Shown here: piece by piece, positions 1 to 12,144 of the stretch
Layout: each line of letters begins with the position of its first letter
Position numbering within the stretch: position 1 is the first letter of the stretch
Origin: Macrostomum lignano
Lineage: Eukaryota
NCBI GenBank assembly: GCA_002269645.1
Contig: NIVC01000255.1
Location: 372,001-436,000, forward strand
DNA length: 64,000 bases
Direction: 5' to 3'
Notes under the pieces: model-generated
Databases searched by the model: none
What the model saw: the letters and a program-made list of their open reading frames with translations, nothing else
Told to the model about the DNA's origin: nothing
Program-made: the position numbers and the translations under genes

Positions 1-1830
1 AATCGCATTTCCTTTCAAGACAGATGGCCCTGATCTGTGCCTTCACCGTCTGAATCATTCTATCAGCCTTGCCATTAGCCTGAGGACGGCGTGCTGTGAT
101 CCGGCCCATATCAACTTGTAAGAGCCTAGTCAGTTCTGCCATAGTGCTATTGATGAAGGCTGTCCCGTTGTCAGATACCAGCTGCTCCATCACACCATAC
201 CGGGCTACCCATTCCGTCAGGATGGTAGTGGCGGTGGTCTCAGCACCGACATCGGGGACAGGAGTGACCTCGACAAACCCGGTGAACCGGTCGATCATGA
301 CCAGCAGGTACTTGTACCCATCACATTCCTCGAATGGGCCTGCATGGTCCACATGAACAACCTGATTCGGGTAGCCGGACAGTTCTGGTCTTGAGCTTGC
401 ACTTTGATTTCTTCGTCTTGGCGCAGACAGTGCACTCAGCAAGAACCCCTTTGACAATGGTATTTAAGTCGGAAATCGCGAAGCGTTCTTTCAGGGCGGA
501 CATCGTCTTGGTGATGCCGCAGCGATTTAGCTGGCCTGATATTGGAGGACTAGGTGGCTGACATCCGCAGTTTCGGGCACTACTAGACGTCTGTTGGCTG
601 TCTTGGCTTTTGTAGGCTTGACTAGGCACATGAGGCCTTCGATAACTTTGAGGTCGTAGAATCGAGCCCAGAGGGAGCGCATTTCTCGGCTGCAGCTCTG
701 CAGCTCGGCCTTGGACAATGGCTCGGCCTTACGCTGGACACTGGCGAGTAAGCGCGCCATGTCAATGCAGGAGTCCTGGGCATTTTGGGCCCAGATGAGT
801 TCAGGTGGTACTTGAGATTCTAATTCAGGTTCGAGGGATTCAGTCCTTGGACTGGGAACAGCACTACTAACAGCAGCGCGGGCATTTGTCGGCGGCTTGG
901 CCAAAGTGACTTTTGGCGCCTCCTTGGGCACCGGGGTTGGCTTTGGACTGGCTGGCTGTGATGGTGGGAGGCTGCTATCGGCGTCCGTCTGGCACGCGAC
1001 ACTTTTGCCCGTGTTCTTGACGCTCACCTGTCGCAATTCCCCAGTTGGCGAGTTTCGACGCGACGCGCCTTAGGGTCTTGATCCAGGAATTTCCTCTTGA
1101 ATTACGGAATTTGACTACACGTCGGGCAGTTGAAGTGGTCAGCTCTGAATTTTGGTAGCCTACTGAGAGCGTTAGCCGGCACATAATCAACGCCTGGACG
1201 GTACTGGACTGTGAAATCATACTCTGGGATTCGTTCCAGAGTGGACTGTTGGACTTTCAGTGGGTAGAGCTCGATAGTGGCAAGCCATTGGGCCAGCATA
1301 CCGGTGGCATGCTTCTTTGCGTGCAGCCATTTGAGCGCAGCTGCGTCTACCCGGACAGTAAAAGGCTTATCCAGCAGATAAGGACGGAAGTGTTCCAGCA
1401 TTAGGACGAGCCCTATCAACTCCCTCATGGTGGCGCAGTAGTTTCTCTGACTACTATTGAATTTCTTGGAAGCGTAGGCTATGACTTGCTCTTGGCCATC
1501 TGTCCCCAGCTGATACAGCACACCCCCTGTGCCATCTAGCGAGCTATCGCAATCCAAGATAAATTCGCAACCCTTGGCAGAGAGGTCTGGATATGCCAGT
1601 GGCCTCAGCAAGGCTATCAAAGGATTCCTCGATGAGTGGCAGAGGGAAGCTTCACGGCTTGATGAGCTTGTTGACAGCCCTGTAGTCTATGCAAAGGCGT
1701 TGAGTGCCATCCTTCTTTTTGACTAGAACGATGGGCTACACCCAGTCGGAGTCACATTCTTCGATGACCCCCTGCTCGAGCATCTGGGCTACATGTTGAT
1801 CTAGAAACTCCTTTTGAGCTGCTTTTGAAG
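1..1830 (-). mobile_element. Degenerate Ty3/Gypsy pol (RT N-terminus, RNase H, integrase), frameshifted and internally deleted; runs off left edge
   Basis: Manual translation gives the RT start (QMLEQGVIEECDSDWV*PIVLV..KDGTQRLCIDYRAVN..FPLPLIEESFDSL, ~1600-1830), RNase H (DCDSSLDGTGGVLYQ..VIAYASK..QRNYCATMRELIGLV, 1102-1620), integrase Zn finger (CTVC, ~420-560) and integrase core (HVDHAGP..IDRFTGF..VSDNGTAF..PQANGKADRM, 1-380). RT-RH-IN order is Gypsy. Frameshifts near 390 and 540. Confidence 0.9.
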
Positions 1831-2765
1831 GCAGGTCCTTGCGGGGAGAGTTTTACTCTCGGCAGCAGGGTCGACGTAAAGAATAGAGGTGCGAGTCACT
1901 GAGGATTTCTTATCAGGCATCTCCCTTCCTAGCACTTCCATTCTGCACAGACGCCCGTCCGTGTCACTGCACCCTGCCAGTGTAGTGTCTTAGGGTTGTT
2001 ACACTAACACGTCTGCCTTACCAGGCACAGCTACATAAACCCTCGTTAATACTAAGCTCACATTTTCAAGGCAATCCAAGCCGACATAACAATGATAACA
2101 GCGGGAAAGCCTGCATAAAAAAATGAGTGATACTAAAAATAAACACAGAATTTCACTATTTCAAGCTGCGCAACCTTAGCCAATCCAGGCACATATGAGA
2201 AGCACTTCTTTCCGATTGAAACCATTTATTGCGCGAATACTAGAGATGACACGATGAAACATAACGAATAAAACAATTACAGGTAACATTACATTACTTT
2301 AATGCTTGATAACCGCTTATATTGAAATGCTAAAATAGTACGATAAAATGCAATGCGGTGATTACTTGAAAGAACAGAAACCCACCCCGACTGCACCGCC
2401 TGAGCCTGAAGCGTATCCCAACCTCTGCCCCTTTGTAATTTGTCTATTTTAAACCGTTTAATTGCTCACTAGCAGGACAGCACCGCCAACGATAATTTGC
2501 TTGTGTTTTATTATACCAATTGCAACCTGAATCGCACCAATTCTTGCGGCCCACACCGCAACGTTTATAAGCGCATCCTCACTTTTTGGAAAACTACCAA
2601 GCTCCAGACCCCACAGGTTTATCCAACAATCGACGTACCGTCCGAGCCAGAAGGCGCATGCTTCAACAAGAAGAACAGCACTAAGAAGATTTGCATCAAG
2701 ACGAGCAGCATCAAGACGATCCACAACAAGATCAACAACAACCAGAAGACGCACCACAAGACAAC

Positions 2766-3785
2766 ATGGCCGAAGATTTAGCGCAACTGCAGGAGCGTAT
2801 CAACGACCTGACAAGACAACTGGCACAGCAGCAGACCAGAGATCTACCGACAGTGGTGCAAGCCATCAACCTATCGGTAGGAGACTATGAGATGGGACGA
2901 TCATTCGTCCGTTGGCTACGAGAGTTCGAACTTCAAGCACAGACCTACGGACTGGGAAACGCCGAGAGATGTCGGCTACTACCTCTACTACTACGACCGA
3001 ATGCTCGAAATCAATACTCAACACTTGACGAGGCAACTCGCCTGAACTACGAGGAACTGATACCAGCACTACGGGTAATTTTCGACATCCGAAGGATGGA
3101 CCGATCAACGGTTATTCTACAACTGGCATCCCACAAGATGCAACTGGGACAAGACGTCAACAAATTTATCACAGACATCACCAACTTGGTCGAGAACTCC
3201 GTCTATCAAGAACCGGCACTGGAAGAAGAAAATGCAGCGGATGCGGCACTACGGCGACATAGTAAACAACGCATCATCCAAGACCACATCATGCTACACG
3301 TTCAGCAGAACGCAGTTCCAGCACTACGTCTACACCTAGCAAGAGGACGCCACCAAACAGTGACGGAAATTACTCGAGAGGCACTGCAATGGCAAGCACT
3401 TCACGACATCAAGCGAGAAACTGAGGACACCCGCAAGCTATCGGCATTGGTCGCCCAGATAGAGGCGACGATCAAGACAGTGAACAACAGGCCGCAACAG
3501 TCAATGAACAATCCACGCCCGCAAAGCGGAAACACCGCGACAAGCTGCCAGATATGTCACAAGCAGGGACATACGGCAGACAGGTGCTACCAGCGCATTC
3601 GACAGCAAGGCTTCAGCCCAAGAAGCAGCCGTCAACAGCCACAAGGAGCCAGAGGCTCCAGCAGAAACTGCAACAATTGCGGTAAGCCTGGCCATCTGGC
3701 CGCTCAGTGCCGCCGTTATTGCCACAATTGTAAGTCGAAGACTCACTGGACAGTTGAATGTAACCATACGAGCCCTCAGAGATAG
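2766..3785 (+). CDS. Retrotransposon Gag (339 aa): N-terminal coiled coil, capsid-like region, three CCHC zinc knuckles
   Basis: Open frame from ATG 2766 to TAG 3785. Contains FVRWLREFELQAQTYGL..RCRLLPLLL and three CX2CX4HX4C motifs: CQICHKQGHTADRC, CNNCGKPGHLAAQC, CHNCKSKTHWTVEC. Confidence 0.85.
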   Translation: MAEDLAQLQERINDLTRQLAQQQTRDLPTVVQAINLSVGDYEMGRSFVRWLREFELQAQTYGLGNAERCRLLPLLLRPNARNQYSTLDEATRLNYEELIPALRVIFDIRRMDRSTVILQLASHKMQLGQDVNKFITDITNLVENSVYQEPALEEENAADAALRRHSKQRIIQDHIMLHVQQNAVPALRLHLARGRHQTVTEITREALQWQALHDIKRETEDTRKLSALVAQIEATIKTVNNRPQQSMNNPRPQSGNTATSCQICHKQGHTADRCYQRIRQQGFSPRSSRQQPQGARGSSRNCNNCGKPGHLAAQCRRYCHNCKSKTHWTVECNHTSPQR

Positions 3786-6691
3786 GGCCAACCGGCTCAG
3801 CGTCAAGGATACATGAGCAATAGGAGCAACGGCTATCAAGGCTCTCAATACAACAACGGCCAACCAAATCAGCAACGGCAACCGATAGCCACAATCTCGC
3901 ATTCACTGGCTAACCTACAATGGCCCCACTTTTACATAGCGTTGAAAGCAGCAGGCGACCCAAGCATAGACCATTAAGATGCCAGGAAGGGCCCGGCTGC
4001 AAGAGAACAAAAAGGATAATACAAGAATGAAGCCATGTTCTAGGGTTGTAGCGAATTGGTTTGATACCAATCCGCCTCATCCCTGAGGCACCTTCACCCA
4101 CAGGTATGCTCCTTGTCCAATGCAGCCTCACAGCAGGGCGGCCTACTCTTGCGATAAGACTAGACCAAACGAAAGTGAATTTTTGAAGCCAGCTACAACG
4201 CTATATAATCCAACCACAAACACATTAACCTTAACAAATTTTACCCACAAACACTGCTTATGTTGACAATTTTTACGTCTGAATTTCATTATGATCCCTC
4301 GATATATCTTCTATATTATATTTTGTTTCACTAATCTGCGATATTCGATGCTTACTGATACTTGAATACTCCGAATCGATAACCGTATTTATGACAGATA
4401 AAAATAGAATTGAGACTATATATTGTCATTAAATGTTCCATTCACGAAATTATTTCGCTTACTAGGCAGGCAGGCCCTGATACCGCTGACGGCGTAGAAA
4501 ACAGACTAGAACCAGTAGCATCCGTCGCCAACATCCATTTTCGTCGGTCGAAATACCCTCTAGCGTATTCAGACAAACTCCCAGCTTAGCTTTCATCCTG
4601 GAATATAGTGTAATGAGTCTGCTAGCGCCAAAATTCAAAGAGGATATGTCGAAGTAATCACATGACTGCGACGTAGCACTGCGACGACAGCGCCACGCGG
4701 GTGCAAGTCAGAACAACGCAGGAGCAGCCGAGCTCGAGCAAAATGGATACTCTCGAGTAAAAGCCTGGACAGCTGCATGCAGAAAATTATTCAGGGGAGT
4801 ACAATCATCGGGAAGTCGCTGGACTGCCTGTCGAAACTCGGAATGGTCTCACATTGCAAATGTCGAAGCTGTCAGCAAATGGTCTACTGTACATGCATTC
4901 GAGACATGAACTGTTAAAACATCACGTTACGAAAAGTCAAGTAGTTCCTCGGCATTGTGAACTGCACTTCTCTGGATGACTGGGCAAAGTTAGTGGCTCG
5001 GTTCGGCGAAGACCATTAGCACGCTAATGGTCTGTACTTCCGGTGTAATGCCATCCGTAGCCAGCTCTGCAGACACAGAGTATGCATTAGAAGAGTTGAC
5101 TCACTGAGCCAATTCTTCTCGGCAATGACCTCTCACTGGGCGTGTCTCCACATTGTGCGGTTGAAGGGGGCCACTCGCGCTCAGAGTCCACACCAACCTA
5201 CCATCCTGTGATGTTTGCCTGAAGTAAGAGTTGCAGAAGGTGACCCGATAGTAGACATCTGCCTTCACTCTGCTAAGGTAGCTGCCACCCTGCTTCGCTG
5301 CACGCATAAGCAACATGAAAGTATGGTCGAAAATTGCAGAAAGATGAAGTTCTGCCAGTTCTTTTGCAGACGCATGCTGCTATCTAGGATGATCGTTGTG
5401 TGCAGTCTCGCATGAAAAATCGGCTGCTCATTGCAAAGAAGTGACTCTTATTTGTATACATTTCGATGGGGCTGGGGTCATGATGTTTCAAAAGAGCCCT
5501 GACTAAAGACCATTGTAAACAGGATTCATGCATGACACTGTAAAATTTGATCTAAAAGGCCAGCAAATACTTACTCCTCACTAACGCTGTCTTCGTCTAG
5601 GACTTTCGTCGTGGACAGGATCTACTGAATTATCTGTGAAATTCTTTAGTTCGTTTCTGCGAAACTGGCCATACAGCCAGCGCCTGTGAATGAATGTGTC
5701 GTCAAAGCCCAACAGAATGCATGGACTGGACTACACTGTCCCTACAGGCGTGGATCCTGGCAGGGCAGAGATTTGTGATAGCAACATCTGAGTAACTCAG
5801 GCGACGAGACGAAAACATCTTCTGGATGTCATCGATGGAGACGGTATTCCAATCTGAAATGAACATAGCAAGTCAGTTAAATGGCCTGTACCATGAAAAA
5901 GGGAGTCACGTGCAAAGTCTGCATGTGTGGTGCATAAAGTTTGAAGCAATCAGAAAAGACGATAGGGCAAAAATACTTAGTCATTTGAAAGTATGCTCGT
6001 CAAGCCCACAAAATCTGAAATGAAAGTGACACATGTCTTATGTGCATAGCTTGAACATGAAGATACATAGAGATATATAATGCGTCAAACATGAAGGAAC
6101 AATAATTTTATGTTCTTCATGAGATTCTTCATATGGATCGCAATAGGTATTCTACTTTCAGCACAAAAAATAGACAATAATAGGTGGAACATGAAGGAAC
6201 AAGAATTTCATGTTCTCCATGGAAAATAGAGAACTAGTATAGACAAAGACAATATAACAATAACTGAGTAACTGATATTCCCGGCATGCGGCGCTCAGGA
6301 TGCTGCACTGCATAGGGAGTAGAACATTCTCCCAACCTTTTCTCCCAATTCTCCCATTTTATCCCCTGGGACCCCAAGTCAGGGCCAGGGATGAGATGTC
6401 TCGGCGATTCTAGTCGTTTAAGCCGACAAGTTATCGATTGCAGTCGGTTTGGTCCGGAGCTGAACTTCGGGCTCCATTCTGGTGGAAAACAATTCCTACT
6501 AAATGAATGGATGGATCACAGAATAGTAAAAAGCAAAACACTCAAATCAACTGCAAGTTGAAAAAGTCGCCGTTTTAAAGAACCATTCGTTGCATAACAT
6601 AACATAAAAGGAGCTTAACCATTCGATTTCGTGTGTATGACGAAACTTATCTATTCAGCCTCAGCAAACAGAAACCCATCAGAAAACTCAC

Positions 6692-8467
6692 CTAATATGC
6701 TCGCCAGCAGGTCGCCGGTCGGGATAGATCACGATCTGAGCATCTTTCAAATCGGGGCTGCTCATTAATCCGCTGAACTGCAGCCTTCAGGCTCCGGACG
6801 TACTCGTTGCAGTAGTGCAGCACTGCCTGCAACAGTGCGAGCAGCCGCTAATTGACTTTCTCGCTGAGTCTCAGGCGGGACTCAAGCTCCTTGTCAATGA
6901 AGTAGACTTGCCAGCAGTGAGGCACATCCCTGGCACCGGCATACAGAGGCGGGACGGTGTGCACCAGCTCACCACTGATTACATCATTGGGGCAGTAGCC
7001 TTGCAGCGGCCGCAACTTTGCCTTCAGCAATGTGAGGTGCAGAACGGAGTTATAGCTCCTAATGTTGGCCAAGAAATCAGGCTATCAGGGTGGCGACTAA
7101 GGAACAAATTCATCAGGACCTGCGGCACTAATTTGGCAGGCAGCTTAACCTTGCCAGCTGCACAGCAGATTCCTGGTGGCTCCCCCTTCATGAGCAAGGC
7201 GTGGCAGTGCTGGCATGGCTTGGTCATGCGGCCGAGCTGATGAGCATGCGGTTTCGGCATGGCTGAGGCATCGGCTCTGTGAAGGACTCTGTGGCGATGC
7301 AGCCACCGACTGCGCCTCAGCGGCGGCGGCGTGACGCTCCTGCTGCAGCTGCGCGACTGTGCTGCGGAGGCAGCTTATTTCTCGGCCATCTCGGCCTGCA
7401 GAGCGAGAGCATTATCGCGCTCACGGCGAAAGGCATCCAGCTCAGCCTCCTGTCTGCTAACAGTATCTCTCACAGGCCGGAGACGGCTTCAGCCAACTGA
7501 GTGTCGCGAAGCTGGCACTGTGGACATCACTGCTGCACTGCAAGGGGATCAGGTGGAAGACGCTTGCAGAGCCGCTCGTGAAGCTTGGCCTCCCAGTAGC
7601 TCTTAAATGGCCTGTTGAACAGCAGGGCCCTGTGCTTGGCACTGGCATTTGTTATTGCCTTTGCACAATAGACGGACACCTGTCCAACGAGTATAGCTGC
7701 CAGCGGGTCTCGGTGTCGCAATGTGGGATTCGCACACGAGCTTGAAATTTAGTTGGGGTACAAACTACTGCACCAGCCAGTAGTTCATACCTGCTTGGGC
7801 AGCTAGCGGAGCGTTCGCACCCGCATGTGGTGCCACAGAGGCCGTCGGGACCGCCGACTTGGCGATTGTCGACGCCTGCAGGTGTGACGGTGCGGTACTA
7901 CGCGGGCGCTTGGCAACCGAGCCGTCCGCACTGGTCTCGCCGGTGCAACGTCGGTTCGGCTTGGAACTAAGAGGGGGGTGAGTGAATGAGAAGTCATTGA
8001 GAGGAACTGTTGCTGTAGGGATTGTGTACTTTACGTTGCAGCATTTCCGGCTGCAGAGTCGCCTCGGCTGCTATCTTCGGGGTTGCCGCTGCCACCTGCG
8101 GGGTTGCCGCTGCCATCTGCGGCGTTTCCGCTGCCACCTGCGGGGTTGCCGCTGCCATCTGCGGCGTTTCCGCTGCCACCTGCGGGATTGCCGCTGCCGC
8201 CGCTGGAGGCGGAGGGGTGGGTGAATGTTGAATAACGCGAGAAATGGTTGCTTAGAGTAGAATTACTTACGTTGCGGCAATTCCGGCTGTGGGCGCGTCA
8301 GGTCTTCTGACAACCACCTGCGGCTTCTGGCTTCGTCGAGCCGGGTTCTTATGCACCATGGCACTGCAAGACTTGCATAGAAGCTCGCCGCATTGGTGGC
8401 ATTCAACATGCTGAGGCTTCTGCCCGAAGAGGGTGCACTTCTCGATAGTTTTACGAGTCCGGACCAT
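6692..8467 (-). mobile_element. Intron-containing, degenerate Helitron Rep/helicase 5' portion with N-terminal B-box-like finger
   Basis: Helitron N-terminal motifs LGRMTKPCQHCHALLMKGEPPGICCAAGKVKLP, NIRSYNS, ISGELVHTV, QVYFID and CNEYVRSLK..GEHIR. Predicted exons 8467-8271, 8202-8035, 7966-7791, 7740-6692; introns 68, 68 and 50 nt, GT-AG. Exon 4 has stops and frameshifts. No HUH or PIF1 motifs seen in the window. Confidence 0.75.
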
Positions 8468-10559
8468 GATTGAATTGGTTAAAGTGACGGAAATCGAGTA
8501 CTCTGGTACTGGAGAAGATGCGATTTTGCGAATATGTGCAGTGGTTTCAAATTAGCAGTTTACCTGCTTAAATGGATGCATCGAATTCCACAGTAAGCGA
8601 CCACAGAGTGTACTCTCCTGCCCAGTGCAATAAGTCAAGCAAAGCACCCCCAATTTCACTGCAGCAAGTGTAAAATACACTGAAAGTCAAATACACTGCC
8701 GACATAGCAAAGTTATAATGCAACTTACTACACTAATGTGATAAATACAATATAAGATACGGCAAATAAATTAGGCCCTAGACAAACCTATTTTGGAGCG
8801 TGTAGAGATTTTGAAACTATTGGCCCTATTGCCTATCACCGGTCGGCGAGTTCTACCAATCTTTCTCCAATAGTTGCAGGTACGGTACAAGTAAAGAAGA
8901 AACACGGTGGAAACGATTCATGCAGATTTAGGGAGTGATAATCATAGATGAATAAGGCTATTGACTTTAGACGCTTTAATTTAGTTAATTCAAATCAATT
9001 ACAACCGAATACGCAAAGTCGCGACGCAGATAAATTCGAGCACTGATAATAAGGATAACAATAACGATAATTAATTAGTTACGCAACTGGAGAGCGGATC
9101 TCAGCTCTGAAGAAGAAAGACCGAACAGGACCACGGAGAAAGACTCCTAAACACTGGCCTAAACCCAAGCCTACTCTCAGGCGAGGACCCTGATGGATTA
9201 CAGTTCAGTGGAGCTCTGGCTAAGTCCTACCAGCTCTGCTCTTCAGTGCAACACTGAGGCCCTCGGGGTCGAGGCCACGTAGTGTGTCAAAACCAACAAA
9301 CGTGGGATTAACAATGCAGAACTAATACAATTAACTAGCTAATAGAATGCAAACTAACACAAAAGATGCTCACACTACTCTAAGTTTGCTGAAGACAAAA
9401 CACTGAGCAGTGTATTCGCACTGTGTGTATACTGAGGAGTGTGTAAATATAAATAGATGTACTAGTATTATTGATTACGTTATTTGATTTCACTTTCAAC
9501 GTCGTCATCAACCCAGTTTTGTCCTTTCTAAGAATTTCATGCGGTCTGGGCTACTGATTTACTTCTTAGTTACCTTAGCGGTCCTGATAATCCATAATCC
9601 GAGTGCTTAGTGATTAAAGAATGGAGACAGGACTAAAATATTGAAATTGTTCGAACGACATGTATTACTAATAATTGTCAGTGTACAAAAGGTCTCGACA
9701 TTCAGGGTTGGCGGAGCCTAATATTTTAGGGGGCTGTAGCGCCAACTAATAGTAGGCTTCCGACTAAAGTGCACGCCGTTTATTATTCCCCGATGTACTC
9801 ATTCCGAGTTAACATTGTCTATGTCAATTCTACCAAACTCAGTGTACCAGAAAATTCCAATAAACTGCACTTTACCCCTTTATTATTGAAGAGTTTCTAC
9901 AAATGACCAATGAATGGCACTCTTCTTCTGCTGTGTATTCAAGAACACAAGGGCTACAGGGCACCCCCTTTTTAACTTGCTTCTTTGAGAATCGTTCTAC
10001 GCTCCTAAGTCTGAGAAACCCACAACAAACGTGGGATTTTTGTCCCTCTGTGGGATTTTACGGGTGAGCAACTTGGGGTGGGGTAGAAGCGCAATGCGCG
10101 TTTTGTTTAGCGCGCATGTCCCAAGCACTGCGCTGTGGTGCAGCATGATGTCGCCATCCTTCGAAAGAAAGGGTCGAGGTTGGATTGAATTTGGATCGAG
10201 TTGCTAGAAGTTGGATCAATGTTGGATTGAGGTTAGACTGGATTTAAATGGGATCTATAGCAAAAAAATAAGCCTTGCTTATGGCTATGAAAAATATTTA
10301 TATAGTACATATTGACAATTCAATTTTCTGGTATTTTGTAAGTCCCCACCTCCAAGACTGCCCCACCACACCAACCCCCCCCCCACACACTCAGCCAGTC
10401 CCCACGCTGCAGTTTACACACTCATCTCTTCGCATTGCTGCCTATCTCTGCAGTGCTAGTGTGGCAGATTTGCATAAACTCATACTACTGGGATGGAAGA
10501 ATGTAGATGGCAGAGAGGGGGAGGCCTTCCCGTAGCCTATCTGAACAGCACAGCACTGA

Positions 10560-10928
10560 TGTTTTCGGACGGATTATCCGAAATAATAGAATATTTTCTC
10601 TTAGACCATAGCAGAATCTTGCTTTCATCACGAGGTTTGGCTTCGCTAACAGTCAAATTAGCGGCGCGTGCACATCAATCTATCGGTAGAACTCTAAGAC
10701 GGACTCCTGCCCATTGTACTGGGCGGCGACAAGCTCCATGTAGCTGTTTTTGCTAATATTTGAATCTGTATAACGAGAACAGAGAACGCCTCCCAGATAA
10801 TCGAAGTTCATTTTCGCACTGAAAGGCACTGGTGGGCGAAGCCAAGACATCTGACAGGCAGAGTTGGAAGCCAGCTTCACGTCCTTCAGTCGATGTAAGG
10901 AAGCCAATGCATCAAACAGCAAGAGCAT
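10560..10928 (-). pseudogene. Possible decayed retrotransposon gag remnant
   Basis: LCSRYTDSNISKNSYMELVAAQYNGQESVLEFYR*..KARFCYGLRENI resembles the Gag Q..ESV.EF..R..F..GL pattern; in-frame stops. Confidence 0.3.
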
Positions 10929-12144
10929 TTTGAGTGACAGTATCTTCTCTGTCTCTTCTCTGAGTGACAGTAGCCTACAGCCCTAGAACAAGCCAACCGC
11001 CTCAAAAGGCAAGGCAATTCGGCAGACTGCACTGACGGAACGATGAGACAGAAGCACTAATGACAGCAGGCGAGGACTGATGACAAGACCACCAGGCAGG
11101 TCAATGACGAATAGCTGACCATATCTATAGCGACTTGTTTTTAACTTTGTAGAGCTAGCTCGTAATGTCATTAACGTTGTGTCTCGGTGGCACCTCCATA
11201 AATGTGACGTTTTTTATGATACACCAACATCCCACCAGCGAGAATCTGAGCACGTAGGATATTGCATGAGAAGTATACGATCACTATTAAGCCTCAGCTC
11301 TCCTGCTGGTTATGTTTTGGGGCTGATGTGTCTTGTGGTTAATTCAACACTGCTGACGGACGAGCTGGGTAAAGCCTAATTGATAGTGCACCTGTTGCTG
11401 GGGCGGCAAACTCTTTTCCGAGCCTAAACATCGTTGGGGCACCGGCATATTAAAAGGATATCAAGTTTTCATCCTCCGCAACCAGTGGTGGCACAGCCAT
11501 GGCTAACGAATTTAAAAGTCAGCCCTCCCAAGAGAGTTGCCAGGCTTGACCCTCGGTCAAGAAGCTATCGGTTCTTCTTTGTCTTCATTTCTTTTCTTTT
11601 CCTTCCCTTGGGTCGCATGCAGTGTAACCATGGCTACGGTTCGGGACACTCTGGCATGGGACCAGCTTAGTGTTTTTGGCCTGGTGGGCGCGGTAGCTCT
11701 GAAAGAGGCAGACTCGCCTGATACTACTACTGCTCTCAGTAGTGTGTTTAGCGCGAGCTACAGAGCGTTGTGAAAACACAAATTTTACAGAACAAATAAA
11801 TGTAAGCCAATATCAGCTATACTTAAGCAATGGAAAAAGTCTAAATTGTTTGAAATATAAAATTACTTATACTCAGCGCTCAGATTCTCACGATTAGCGC
11901 TTTTATGTTTTTTGAAAAAATCGATATATTTACTGTTAGTGTAATAATTTACAAGCGTCATTCATTAGAACTGAATGACTGACAAAAAATAGGATATAGT
12001 TTTCTATATGTATCACATCTAGCCTTACCCCTTGTGCTTCCACGAGTATTTTTTAGTGGAAGCATCTCATCTTTACGCTAAGTAGTAAAATATAAAATCA
12101 TGAGATATATAATGTTTCAATTCGTATTATTATCTGTCCCCATC

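Noticed and set aside
1981-4200. LTR pair around gag
   Set aside because: Sequences after the two TGT starts (1997, 4049) do not match and no PBS was found.
4560-6020. Short ORFs (5101-5316, 5215-5415, 5826-6023)
   Set aside because: No motif I could recognise; possibly decayed TE sequence.
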